A stretch of DNA of 32,380 nt from Myxococcota bacterium (lineage in GTDB: Bacteria; Myxococcota; SpSt-1050). The stretch lies in contig JBMFOP010000029.1 of the NCBI GenBank assembly GCA_049969675.1, forward strand, positions 1-32,380, read 5' to 3'. Position numbers and translations under genes: made by a program. Positions 1 to 9,316 of the stretch are shown one piece after another; within the stretch, counting starts at the first letter, position 1; each line of letters opens with the position of its first letter. Under the pieces are notes generated by a model. The model worked only from the letters and a program-made list of their open reading frames with translations. It searched no databases and was not told where the DNA came from.

Positions 1-631
1 CTATCCCGTTCATACAGACCTCAACCGGCTCTGGACCACACCACCCACACGCATTCACCACACCCTTATCCACCTTCCCGTCGCAATCCCCATCTATAGG
101 CAATCCCCCTGCCGGCACCCCAACACAACTGTCCTTATCGGGTAGAACCTGCCCCTTACAATCTCCCCATACCCCTTTCCCACTCCCATCATCTATACAT
201 CCCTGAAAACCGCTCTTACAAATCCCAACACCTCTGGTCTCTGGTGGACCTCCATAGCACTCCCTCACAGAGCCAATAGAACAGGGGCAGTTCTCATCTA
301 TCACACCGTCGCAGTTGTCATCTGCATTATTCCCACAGATCTCAGATGATTTTGGTAGAATCTCACCCTCACAACCACCCCATACTCCATTGATACAATA
401 TTCTATCCCTGCCCTACATATACCAATATTCTTTGTCCTCGCTGGGCCATTATAGCACTCTCTACTATCTCCGTGTCTGCATCCACCTGTATCAGTTGAG
501 ATTACATCCAGCAGGGAGATTACATCGCTTTCACCTGAGGCATCTTTAGTATTGTCTGTCGCAGTTGAAGTACAGGATGTATTAAAAATTAGAAGGATTA
601 CATAAGATATTATTACAACATATAGTCGCAT
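1..631 (-). CDS. Cys-rich repeat lipoprotein (myxobacterial / MopE-related metal-binding-motif type), partial, continues past the left edge
   Basis: Manual translation from ATG 631-629 (AAGGAGG just upstream): MRLYVVIISYVILLIFNTSC... (lipobox-like). It has two CYxGPxxTxxxGICxxG...C...WGxCxGxxLP units plus EICGNNADDNCDGVIDENC and DGDCDGKVD motifs, with no stop before position 1. Not in the ORF track. Confidence 0.88.
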   Translation of the reverse strand, partial: MRLYVVIISYVILLIFNTSCTSTATDNTKDASGESDVISLLDVISTDTGGCRHGDSRECYNGPARTKNIGICRAGIEYCINGVWGGCEGEILPKSSEICGNNADDNCDGVIDENCPCSIGSVRECYGGPPETRGVGICKSGFQGCIDDGSGKGVWGDCKGQVLPDKDSCVGVPAGGLPIDGDCDGKVDKGVVNACGWCGPEPVEVCMNGI

Positions 632-655
632 TCCATACCTCCTTATTCGTAGTAT

Positions 656-684
656 ATTATACTTCCTCACAATATAAATATCAA
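656..684 (-). promoter_or_regulatory. sigma70-type promoter for the Cys-rich lipoprotein gene
   Basis: TTGATA (684-679), 17-nt spacer, TATAAT (661-656), upstream of the SD and ATG 631. Confidence 0.7.
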
Positions 685-812
685 CCATAAAAAATTAAAG
701 TATTTTATTTGAGATTCAATTTAAAATTTTTTAAGGTAATATCCGACCAGAATAAATTTTTTGGTGAAAGACCTTACGAGGCGTCGCTTCGCCCCGCCAT
801 GTCAGTAACCTT

Positions 813-878
813 TTGTTTATAGTCCATAGTCCACTTGTTTATAGTCCATAGTCCACGGTCCATAATTTATTGTTCAGC
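813..878. repeat. Degenerate heptamer tandem array containing an exact 22-bp direct repeat
   Basis: TTGTTTATAGTCCATAGTCCAC at 813-834 and 835-856. Units are GTTTATA/GTCCATA/GTCCACT/GTCCACG/GTTCAGC. Confidence 0.85.
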
Positions 879-1071
879 GATTGTAATCATAACATACAGG
901 TTGTATTTTTTATGGCATTCCTCTCGGGTTAAAATTAAAGGAGGGTTTTGGTGATGGATAAGAGAAAATTTTTATTTATCTTAATAATCTCTCTGATTCT
1001 GACGATGGATTAACAATTTTTTATGAAAGGAGAAGGAGAACTGTTGACAAAGAGAGAGGGGATGACAGATA

Positions 1072-1099
1072 TTTGACAGTTCAGAGTTGACAGTCCACA
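1072..1099. repeat. Second short heptamer array of the same family
   Basis: TTTGACA GTTCAGA GTTGACA GTCCACA. Confidence 0.55.
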
Positions 1100-1156
1100 T
1101 AACACAAATAAAAAAATAGGATGTGTGGAAAAAGAGAGGTGAAAGATAAACTCCTT

Positions 1157-3142
1157 TTATTGCTCAATCCTTTTACACCTGAAAAGAATATATTTTTCGC
1201 CATAAGATATATATGAACATTTGTTTCTTAAAAAATTTAAAAGCTCGGAATTTTCATAATTTATATCGTAGAAGAAATAAAAATCGGGGTATTTAACAGA
1301 TCTCAACTTGTTTATTGATTCCATCTTCCAATCTCTTGAGAGTTGCATCGCCATTGTCAGAGCTGTAATCCTCCTGCCACTCCTCTCTTCATAACATATT
1401 AAAAGGTTTCCTTCATCTATCTTACACCCTTTCTTTATCAGAGTCTCATAAGGTCTTTCAAAAAAATAATATCCAAGTATGCTCTTATTATTATCTACAT
1501 CAATTACAATATCCTTTATACCTTCTTCCTTAATTTTCTCTATAATCAGAGCCGGATTTGTCCTTAGATGATAGCCTTGAACATAAGTGGATTCAAATCT
1601 TGCATTTAGTGAGTTAAAAAAGAGATATGACACAAAAATTAGAAATAATATATTATACCCTTTTGCTACCAATGTTTTATTCTCTGTCCAATTTATATCC
1701 GTTACCAGAAGGATAAATGATATCGGCAGAAAGATTATATAGTAGGTCTTCATTCTGAAGTATTGAAAAAATAAGATAAAACAGAGGTTGGTTACAAACA
1801 GCAATAAGAATAATAGATCAGACTTATCCCTTTTTAAATTCATATACAAAACAGGGATAGAAAATGCGAACAGAATAAGAGTATATTCTTGAACAAAGAG
1901 GTCAGATAGAACCCTGTTTATAAAATTCGGGACGGATTCGCTACCCCATATAATCTGCGGAAATCGCCCCGCAATGGACTTTGCATAGAACTCATCTTTT
2001 AATGAAAATAATATTTTGACAAGGTATGGTGAGACCATAAAAAGGGATAAAATGAGAAATTTCGCAAATTGTTTGATTTTACCATTTATAATGAGATATA
2101 AAAGTATCCCTGCAAAATTGATATATGCTGCATAAGAGGAGAGGCAGGAGAATCCCAAAAATAAGGCAAATAGTAATTTATCCACCAATTTATCTGCTAG
2201 CATCGCCTTTCTTAAAAAGTAGATTGATATTAGGGACATCAATACAAATAGACTTATATCGGTAATCTCTCTTGACCTGTAAATATATTCTGGGTGAATG
2301 GCAAGGAGAATCATTGCAATGAGCGAATTTAACCTATTCTTCTCTTTAATAATTAAACCTATTATTAATACAGATAATACAGAGAGGGCGGCACTAAATA
2401 TTCTTGCGGCATATTCTGGATGTGTTGAGAATAATAGGAGTGGTTTTAAGAGTGCAAAATATAGACCCGGATGACGCGGATCACGGGATATAAATAGATT
2501 GTATAGGACACTATCATATGAAAAGAGTAACCTTAGAGCATTCCCATCATCATAGACAGAGTGATATATGTTTTTGAATCTCAGAAATGCAGAAAACATG
2601 ATAATTAATAGAGCAATGCCCCAATAAATCCAGAGATTCATATCGGAAAAACTGTTGAGATACCTATTTATTATATCTGAGGGAATTTTTAAATAAGAGA
2701 GAATGAATAGTAACAGAATCACCATAAAATACAGATAGATGATGACCGATAGCCTTCTACCTATAGAAGAGGGATTGGGTTCATATACTTCAGTAAATAC
2801 TTCACCGGTATCGTTCTTTATTATCTGATTGATTAAAGGTGTGATATCAAAATAATCTGGTAATCTCTCTGTATATATTGCAAAGTTCTTTGATACCAGA
2901 TTTGAATCTCTAAAGGAGTATCTCCCTTTTAAGATTATATAAAAACAGTCATCGGAGCAGTACTCATATTTTACATTGTTCTGACTGATGTTGATGTTTT
3001 TTAATGTGAAACTATTATATTCTTTATCATATGGTTTTACAAGATTGAGAAAGTAATCTTCCATACCGGATGGGATTGCGTAAGTGGCGTATAGATTTAT
3101 TGAAGCCAGCGATATACAAACTAATAGAACTATCTTATTCAT
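1157..3142 (-). CDS. Polytopic membrane glycosyltransferase, GT-C fold (GT39/ArnT-like), with an N-terminal exported domain
   Basis: 661 aa. Signal peptide, many TM helices, YDDG acidic motif after a TM, HPGLY motif, ARIFSAALS, HPEYIYRSRE. Confidence 0.7.
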   Translation of the reverse strand: MNKIVLLVCISLASINLYATYAIPSGMEDYFLNLVKPYDKEYNSFTLKNINISQNNVKYEYCSDDCFYIILKGRYSFRDSNLVSKNFAIYTERLPDYFDITPLINQIIKNDTGEVFTEVYEPNPSSIGRRLSVIIYLYFMVILLLFILSYLKIPSDIINRYLNSFSDMNLWIYWGIALLIIMFSAFLRFKNIYHSVYDDGNALRLLFSYDSVLYNLFISRDPRHPGLYFALLKPLLLFSTHPEYAARIFSAALSVLSVLIIGLIIKEKNRLNSLIAMILLAIHPEYIYRSREITDISLFVLMSLISIYFLRKAMLADKLVDKLLFALFLGFSCLSSYAAYINFAGILLYLIINGKIKQFAKFLILSLFMVSPYLVKILFSLKDEFYAKSIAGRFPQIIWGSESVPNFINRVLSDLFVQEYTLILFAFSIPVLYMNLKRDKSDLLFLLLFVTNLCFILFFQYFRMKTYYIIFLPISFILLVTDINWTENKTLVAKGYNILFLIFVSYLFFNSLNARFESTYVQGYHLRTNPALIIEKIKEEGIKDIVIDVDNNKSILGYYFFERPYETLIKKGCKIDEGNLLICYEERSGRRITALTMAMQLSRDWKMESINKLRSVKYPDFYFFYDINYENSELLNFLRNKCSYISYGEKYILFRCKRIEQ

Positions 3143-3602
3143 CTTCTCTTCTTAATTCTGAGAAAAATGTCTTAATCAGATTGACTGACTCATCTCTTAA
3201 TACACCACCCATCACCTCAATTCTGTGATTTAGATGGGGATCAGAGGCGAGGTTGAAGACTGAACCACAGGCTCCGTACTTTGGGTCATCGGCGGCGAAT
3301 ACAATTCTTGAAATTCTTATATTTACAAGAGCAGCAGCACACATCGGGCAGGGTTCAAGGGTTGTATATAAAGTACACCCTATAAGGTACATCCCTGAAA
3401 AATTTTTGTAGGCATTTAGAATTGCTATAATCTCAGAGTGCAAAATAGGGAGTTTTGCGCTCTCCTTTAGATTATATCCTCTGCCAATTATCTCACCATT
3501 CCTGTCCACTATTACGCTCCCGACCGGTACCTCTTTTTCAAGATATGCCTTCTGCGCCATAAGAAGCGCCTCTTTCATAAACAGGATATCATCATTTCCC
3601 AT
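3135..3602 (-). CDS. tadA: tRNA adenosine(34) deaminase
   Basis: FMKEAL, EVPVGSVIV, H(S)E, TLEPCPMC, DPKYGACGS, LNH motifs. Confidence 0.88.
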   Translation of the reverse strand: MGNDDILFMKEALLMAQKAYLEKEVPVGSVIVDRNGEIIGRGYNLKESAKLPILHSEIIAILNAYKNFSGMYLIGCTLYTTLEPCPMCAAALVNIRISRIVFAADDPKYGACGSVFNLASDPHLNHRIEVMGGVLRDESVNLIKTFFSELRREDE

Positions 3603-4572
3603 CTGATTCCCCGCTAAATATTTCTTTACATCCCTTCTTTATAGGGGCTGGCGGATTTAAGAGGAGCTCTTTTAATTTATCATTCATGCCAGATCTCTTA
3701 TAATACTCCATCTTCATTATAAAGAAATTGCATTCATAAGGATACAACTTGATTGCATAATCCAGAATTCCTATTGCATCCGCATTATTTTTAGTGAGTA
3801 GAAAACCAATATAGCTCTTCAAAAATGTGATACTCTGTCTATTTAGCCCCTTGATTTTTAATCTATCTGAAATCTCCTTTATACTGCTTTCACATCTATA
3901 ATAATCATTTTTAATACATCTTTCTGCACTATTTCTGAGATTTATCACATCATAGAGCGAAAATATTATGATTAAAATCAGGAAGCCTGTTATTATCCTC
4001 TGAGGTCTTAAAATACCCTGAGGGTTTAGATGACTCATCTCTTCAAGCAGGGATTGATTAAAATAAATGAGGAAGAAGAGTAATAGCAGGTAGAGAGATT
4101 TTAATAATACAGATGAATATTCAATCTTTGTCTGATATTCATCTTTTATGGGTGCAAAGTAGATGAATGAAATTATTATAGTCAAAAATATTACTGAAAG
4201 GATGGCAAAATATATCTTCTCCCCTATCAGCAATCTTAAATCCTTTCCTGTAAAAATAGATATTATCGCTGAAACTACTAATAAAAAGAAAATTATCCAG
4301 TGAGTCAATGTTAGCCGGGAAAAATTTAGTGATAGAGCGATAGGAATAAAGAGAATCAGTATCTGTATGTAAAAAGATATGTCTTTGAAATATTTTAATA
4401 TCTTTATTTGATACGGCAAAATATTAAGAAGGAGCAGTAAAGAGGCAAAGAATATTATTGTCTTGATATTGAGATACGGATAGAAAAGTAAGACCAGAGA
4501 GATTGGAATGACATTTAATAACTGTAATATGGGATTCAACTGATTTTCTCTTTTATTTTGTGGTAATTCCAT
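3592..4572 (-). CDS. Hypothetical multi-pass membrane protein with a helical (TPR-like) C-terminal domain
   Basis: About 7 hydrophobic segments followed by a soluble helical tail. ATG 4572 preferred over the track start 4623 to reduce overlap with the cyclase; start uncertain. Confidence 0.6.
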   Translation of the reverse strand: MELPQNKRENQLNPILQLLNVIPISLVLLFYPYLNIKTIIFFASLLLLLNILPYQIKILKYFKDISFYIQILILFIPIALSLNFSRLTLTHWIIFFLLVVSAIISIFTGKDLRLLIGEKIYFAILSVIFLTIIISFIYFAPIKDEYQTKIEYSSVLLKSLYLLLLFFLIYFNQSLLEEMSHLNPQGILRPQRIITGFLILIIIFSLYDVINLRNSAERCIKNDYYRCESSIKEISDRLKIKGLNRQSITFLKSYIGFLLTKNNADAIGILDYAIKLYPYECNFFIMKMEYYKRSGMNDKLKELLLNPPAPIKKGCKEIFSGESDGK

Positions 4573-6683
4573 ACCTGATTTCTGCCGTTCTTCTTGGAGT
4601 AATACAGGGCCTGATCCGCACAACCTATGAGCCCCTTCTTCTCTTTTGCATCAAGAAAGAATGTAGCAATACCCATTGAGATAGTAATCCCGAAGCTCTT
4701 CTCTAAACCATCAAAAGAGAGTTTCTCAACCTCCTTTCTAATCCTCTCTGAAAAGGTATATGCACCAACCTCATCTGTTCCCTCCATAATAATAGCAAAC
4801 TCCTCACCGCCATAACGCGCCACGATATCTGTCTCTCTTGCCATCTTCTTTAAAAGGGCTGATAATCCTTTGAGAACCTTATCACCGGTTGGATGCCCAT
4901 AAGTATCGTTAATCTTTTTGAAGAAGTCAATATCGGTTAGTGCCAGAGAGAAAGGGAGCTGGCTTCTGTTTGCACGCGCAATTACTTCGTCCAGCTTCTC
5001 CTGAAATACCCTGTGATTGTAGAGTCCGGTTAGACCATCCGTGGTTGCAAGGTCATTGATCTTCTTCACTATGATTCCGTTTTCAATGCTTATGGCAAGG
5101 ATGTTTGATATGGTCTCAAGCATATAGGTCTCTTCCTCATTCAACATTACCCCATCTCTGGTGCATACCGCAAATGTCCCAATTAATGCCTCACCACGGG
5201 TAATTAGCGGGAATACCTTAATTGAGGAGATATCATCAATCCTGTACTGCTCACCATAGATTGAGCTGATATCTCCCTTAAAATCCCGAGTAGGGAACCT
5301 GACTCTGTGCTCTGCGACCAACTTTATTACCGGTGAATTATCCTTTACCATCTTCCCTTCATATTTTTTAATATTTTCGTTCTTTGAATGGATAAATGCA
5401 AATCTCTGTCTATTTGAGGATTCTTCAACAGGTAGTGTAATAATTATATCACTTACTGAGGGGGAGACCACCTGTGCAGAATGAATGGCTGCCTCCATAA
5501 CCTGTTCCAGGGTAAGGGCATCATTGAACTTTCTGCTCGCCTCAAAGAACTTTGCCTTCTGCTCTCTCTCTATAGCTATATTATGTAGCAATCTCTGTGT
5601 CTGGACATATGAGCCAATAAAGTCGGCGAGCATAGCAAATATTCTCCTGTGTCCTTCCTCAAAACCCTGTTCCATCCTGTCTGCAATCAGTATTCCACGA
5701 GATAGATTTATATCTCTTATATGTTCAAAGACATTTACTCCTATAAAGGATTTTATCTTCATCGCCTTTTTGTAATATACCTGACCGCGAATTGACCTAT
5801 CCTCTGAATTTACAATAATTGGCTCATCGCTATTTATTATTGCCGAGAAGAGCCCTGCATCCTTCTCAATCTTCTCTTCACATAAATTCTCTGAATTATC
5901 CGAGACCGCATAGACAGGTTTGAGCCTCTTCTTTGGCCCGTCATATAAAAATAATGCGATTGTGTGTAGAGATAGCAAATTCTTGATGATATTAAATTCA
6001 AGTCTTAATGAGTCCTCAATTGAGAGGACAGTTGCCTGTAAAAATGCATCTCTATCAATCTCTTTCTCACTCTGTGAACCTACCAGCCTGTAATCCTTTA
6101 TCTTCTCTCTATATTCATAGACCTCTCTATTTATCCGACTCTTTAATATCACCCTGTTTCTCAAACGCTCAAAGTAACTCAACAAAAAGTAGAGCAGAGC
6201 AAATAGTAGAATAAATATGATATGACTCAGGAGTCCGGTGAGTGAATATCTGCTGGAGAAAAGATATATTAGTATGTCCTGAATAAAGATTACTATTATT
6301 GCAAATACTCCTATTTTTGCCGGCATAAAAAAGAGTACGAAAGTCACAAAGAGATATAAGAGCGGCTCCAGATTAAATACTTCGAGACTGATAGATGTTA
6401 TAAGAAAGTAGAGTATATTTATCAATATAAGCACAAATTCAAAATCGTTTTTTTGTGTGGGAGGGTTTAGAGATGGATAGAACACCGGTAATATCCTGCG
6501 AAAAAAGACAATCAGGAATAAAAAGATAAGAGTAATAAGTCCCGCCGCAAAGTATCCATCACCTCTATGAAAAGCAAAGAAATCAATTGCAATGAGATAA
6601 ATAAAGAAAGAAGATGAGACAAAAATATATATCTGCAAAAATATCTTCTGTATTAATTTGAAGAGTTTTATATATCCGGTCAT
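4536..6683 (-). CDS. Membrane diguanylate cyclase (TM-GAF-GAF-GGDEF), DmxA-like
   Basis: N-terminal TM block, two GAF-like regions, TDGLTGLYN, DIDFFKKINDTYGH, RETD I-site, RYGGEEF active site. Lies directly downstream of ftsB. Confidence 0.92.
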   Translation of the reverse strand: MTGYIKLFKLIQKIFLQIYIFVSSSFFIYLIAIDFFAFHRGDGYFAAGLITLIFLFLIVFFRRILPVFYPSLNPPTQKNDFEFVLILINILYFLITSISLEVFNLEPLLYLFVTFVLFFMPAKIGVFAIIVIFIQDILIYLFSSRYSLTGLLSHIIFILLFALLYFLLSYFERLRNRVILKSRINREVYEYREKIKDYRLVGSQSEKEIDRDAFLQATVLSIEDSLRLEFNIIKNLLSLHTIALFLYDGPKKRLKPVYAVSDNSENLCEEKIEKDAGLFSAIINSDEPIIVNSEDRSIRGQVYYKKAMKIKSFIGVNVFEHIRDINLSRGILIADRMEQGFEEGHRRIFAMLADFIGSYVQTQRLLHNIAIEREQKAKFFEASRKFNDALTLEQVMEAAIHSAQVVSPSVSDIIITLPVEESSNRQRFAFIHSKNENIKKYEGKMVKDNSPVIKLVAEHRVRFPTRDFKGDISSIYGEQYRIDDISSIKVFPLITRGEALIGTFAVCTRDGVMLNEEETYMLETISNILAISIENGIIVKKINDLATTDGLTGLYNHRVFQEKLDEVIARANRSQLPFSLALTDIDFFKKINDTYGHPTGDKVLKGLSALLKKMARETDIVARYGGEEFAIIMEGTDEVGAYTFSERIRKEVEKLSFDGLEKSFGITISMGIATFFLDAKEKKGLIGCADQALYYSKKNGRNQVWNYHKIKEKIS

Positions 6684-6686
6684 AAA

Positions 6687-6965
6687 TTACTGTTTGACCT
6701 TAAATACAATATCCCCCTCCTTTATCATATTTCTCTCCCTTGCAACCTTCTCAATATATTTATCATCGTTTTTTAAGAGTTCTATCTGTAGCCTGAGCAT
6801 CTGATTCTCCTCTTTGAGTTTCCTGTTTTCGGTGAGCAATAAGTTGTATTCACTTTTGAGCCTATTAAGCCTCTCAAGGCCATTATCAGAGTTATAGAGT
6901 GAATTTGCAAGTATTAAAATTGCAGCGATAATAGATATACCAATAAGAAAATACCATATCTTCAT
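6687..6965 (-). CDS. ftsB: Septum formation initiator FtsB/DivIC
   Basis: 92 aa. One N-terminal TM, coiled coil, YIEKVARE-x-MIKEGD motif. Confidence 0.85.
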   Translation of the reverse strand: MKIWYFLIGISIIAAILILANSLYNSDNGLERLNRLKSEYNLLLTENRKLKEENQMLRLQIELLKNDDKYIEKVARERNMIKEGDIVFKVKQ

Positions 6966-6972
6966 AGATTGA

Positions 6973-7001
6973 ATAATATATCAACTTTATTTACTAAACA
7001 A
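6973..7001 (-). promoter_or_regulatory. Putative sigma70 promoter for ftsB, possibly leaderless
   Basis: TTGTTT (7001-6996), 17 nt, TATTAT (6978-6973). The ATG is 7 nt further downstream and has no SD. Confidence 0.45.
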
Positions 7002-7026
7002 GTGAGAAAAGCAGAAAAAGATTTAA

Positions 7027-7530
7027 TCAGAATCCCTCATCTTTCAAAAATCCTGCAAGACCTTTATAAAATTCTATATGATTAAAATTCTCATTCGTCA
7101 CACCTGCTACCTGACCAACCTCATCAAAATGGTCTGCGGGGAGGATGCCGAGAAATTCTCCCCATTTTGCCCCATCTGTTGGAACTATTCCATCATTATC
7201 TCCTACCTGTGAATGTAATATCTCGTATGTAAGTGAAATCTCTACATCAACTGTATCTCCGCAGTTCTCCCACGCTCGACAGGTCTTTCCTGCATAACTG
7301 AAGTATCTTACCCTGCTATCATTGGGATATCTCTTATTGAATGTCCCCTGCACATATTCCTCAGAGAGTGAATGGAGAGAAGCCATTGCATCTGCCTTTG
7401 ACTGTGAATCAAGAGCGGCCCCCATAATCAGGAGCATCGCATCAAGGGCAGACCTTCCAGCCCCCGTTGGGTCAGAAAGGATGAAATCGGCAAGAGGAGT
7501 CCCCTGATGAGGTGTTGCAACTGTAAAATG
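7027..7530 (-). pseudogene. 5'-truncated lipase (alpha/beta hydrolase, Pseudomonas/Burkholderia lipase-like) remnant
   Basis: Frame is open from stop TAA 7533-7531 and reads FTVATPHQGTPLADF...NDGIVP...ADHFDEVGQ. The catalytic Asp and His motifs are present, but the GxSxG serine and N-terminus are absent. Confidence 0.8.
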
Positions 7531-7549
7531 TTAATTAATGATTCTAAAA

Positions 7550-8866
7550 TCAGGAGAGAAGTGATTTATAAATCTTATAAAGTCTCTTTGCGTGCTCTGA
7601 TATATCCATCACGACTGAATTGTCCACTTCTTTGATTCTGATATTATTATTTTGAATTTTCTCAATCAGTCTGAATAAAGAGTAAAGATTATATGGGTCA
7701 AATGTAAAACCGTTCTTACCTTCAATTATCAGTTCAGCATTTCCACCGATATTTGAAGCAATAACAGGGGTATTGTAAATTAGTGCCTCATGAATCACAA
7801 GTGGTGAATTCTCCTCCCAGATAGAGGGAACAAGCAGATAATCAATCTCGTTGAATATATCTCTTTTATTTTTCGGCTCAAACTGGCCTCTGTATTCAAT
7901 GAATTTATTATCTTTTATTCTCTTTGAGAGCATAATGTCATTTTTATCATTCCCCCAGACGACTATCTTTATTGAGCCCTTAAATCTATTTGCAAGTTCA
8001 AGGAGTAGATGTGCACCTTTATGTCTGCTGATTGTCCCGATAAAGCCGATTGTCTGGACGCCGCCATCTCCCTTCTTATCTGGTAAGGGCCCATCAATTT
8101 CAAATCCGTAATCCAGATGAACTATTGCGGGATGATTGGTATATCTCTCATATATCTCTTTGTAATATGCTGAAGGGGAGATTATAATCTTCATACCTCC
8201 CAAGAATGAGAGCATTGCCTGTTCTCTCACGATGATATCATTTGCAGTGGGAATCCTTCTGAGTATCCTCATACCTTTTATTAGATATGAGAGTTCGGGG
8301 AGATCCTTTGCTATCTTTTGCACCAAAGGGATTCTTCTACCCTGATTGTAGAGCCTTTTATCTATTTCTGATATATTAATCTTTGATATCTTAAAGCAGA
8401 GTGCACACTTTAAAGGAAATTTGTTCTTGCATCTATATCTTCCAAGAAATAGTCTCTGACCAAGATCCGGACAGAGATAGTAAAAGTCGTGAAGGGTGAG
8501 TATTGAAGGGATGTCTTTTCTGTTGAGGATATCTATGTATCCAACCGAATGAAACATTATGTGCTGAAAGTGCACGACATCTGGACTGAACTCTTTTATT
8601 ATCTCTTCAAATAATTCGTCCTGCCTCCGACTTAAGTACGTCTCCGAAAAATCTCTATATACAGAGTCGTGATAAAATGAAATTATATCCAACCCATCAT
8701 ATTGATACCGGTGCTTTTTGAATCGCTCTTTTGATGGGTCAAAGATTGCAGAGTAGATCAGGACCTCATCTTTATGGCTTAGATATTTTGCAAGTGTATA
8801 TGTGTAGTTTTCTACACCCGTTGAAGAGTATGGGAGGAAGGAGTGATTGACAAATAGAATCTTCAT
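7550..8866 (-). CDS. Glycosyltransferase family 4 (GT-B)
   Basis: MKILFV, PDVVHFQH, TLHDFYYLCP, HKG, PSIWEENSPLVIHEA, PVIASNIGG. Confidence 0.9.
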   Translation of the reverse strand: MKILFVNHSFLPYSSTGVENYTYTLAKYLSHKDEVLIYSAIFDPSKERFKKHRYQYDGLDIISFYHDSVYRDFSETYLSRRQDELFEEIIKEFSPDVVHFQHIMFHSVGYIDILNRKDIPSILTLHDFYYLCPDLGQRLFLGRYRCKNKFPLKCALCFKISKINISEIDKRLYNQGRRIPLVQKIAKDLPELSYLIKGMRILRRIPTANDIIVREQAMLSFLGGMKIIISPSAYYKEIYERYTNHPAIVHLDYGFEIDGPLPDKKGDGGVQTIGFIGTISRHKGAHLLLELANRFKGSIKIVVWGNDKNDIMLSKRIKDNKFIEYRGQFEPKNKRDIFNEIDYLLVPSIWEENSPLVIHEALIYNTPVIASNIGGNAELIIEGKNGFTFDPYNLYSLFRLIEKIQNNNIRIKEVDNSVVMDISEHAKRLYKIYKSLLS

Positions 8867-9315
8867 CAGAACAATCTTTTTGAATCAAGCAGGATTGTGA
8901 CAGGTCCATCATTGATTAGAGATATCCTCATCATCTCCCTAAATCTTCCTGTCTCCACCCTTAAGTTACTCTCTCTAAATCTTTTTATGACCTTTTCGTA
9001 AAGTACCTCTGCCTCTTGAGGTGGCATTGCAGAATCAAAGGATGGCCTCCTCCCCCGTCTTACATCACCAAATAATGTAAACTGGCTTATCAACAGGATT
9101 GAGCCACCCGCATCCTTAACCGAGAGGTTCATCTTCCCGGATTTGTCCTCAAATACTCTGAGGTTTGTCACCTTCTCAACTATATATTCAATATCGCTCT
9201 CATTGTCCTCTTTGCCTATCCCCAGGAAGAGGAGAAGACCTCTATTTATTGAACTGATGATCTCCCCTCTTACCTCACAACTTGCCGAAATTACTCTCTG
9301 AACAACTGCCCTCAT
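8866..9315 (-). CDS. dtd: D-aminoacyl-tRNA deacylase
   Basis: MRAVVQRV, SQFTL, GRRPSF, NDGPVT. Confidence 0.97.
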   Translation of the reverse strand: MRAVVQRVISASCEVRGEIISSINRGLLLFLGIGKEDNESDIEYIVEKVTNLRVFEDKSGKMNLSVKDAGGSILLISQFTLFGDVRRGRRPSFDSAMPPQEAEVLYEKVIKRFRESNLRVETGRFREMMRISLINDGPVTILLDSKRLF

Positions 9316-9316
9316 C

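Noticed and set aside
3430..3445. HSE in place of HAE in TadA
   Set aside because: The Zn-binding His, catalytic Glu and PCxxC are intact, so this is a conservative change
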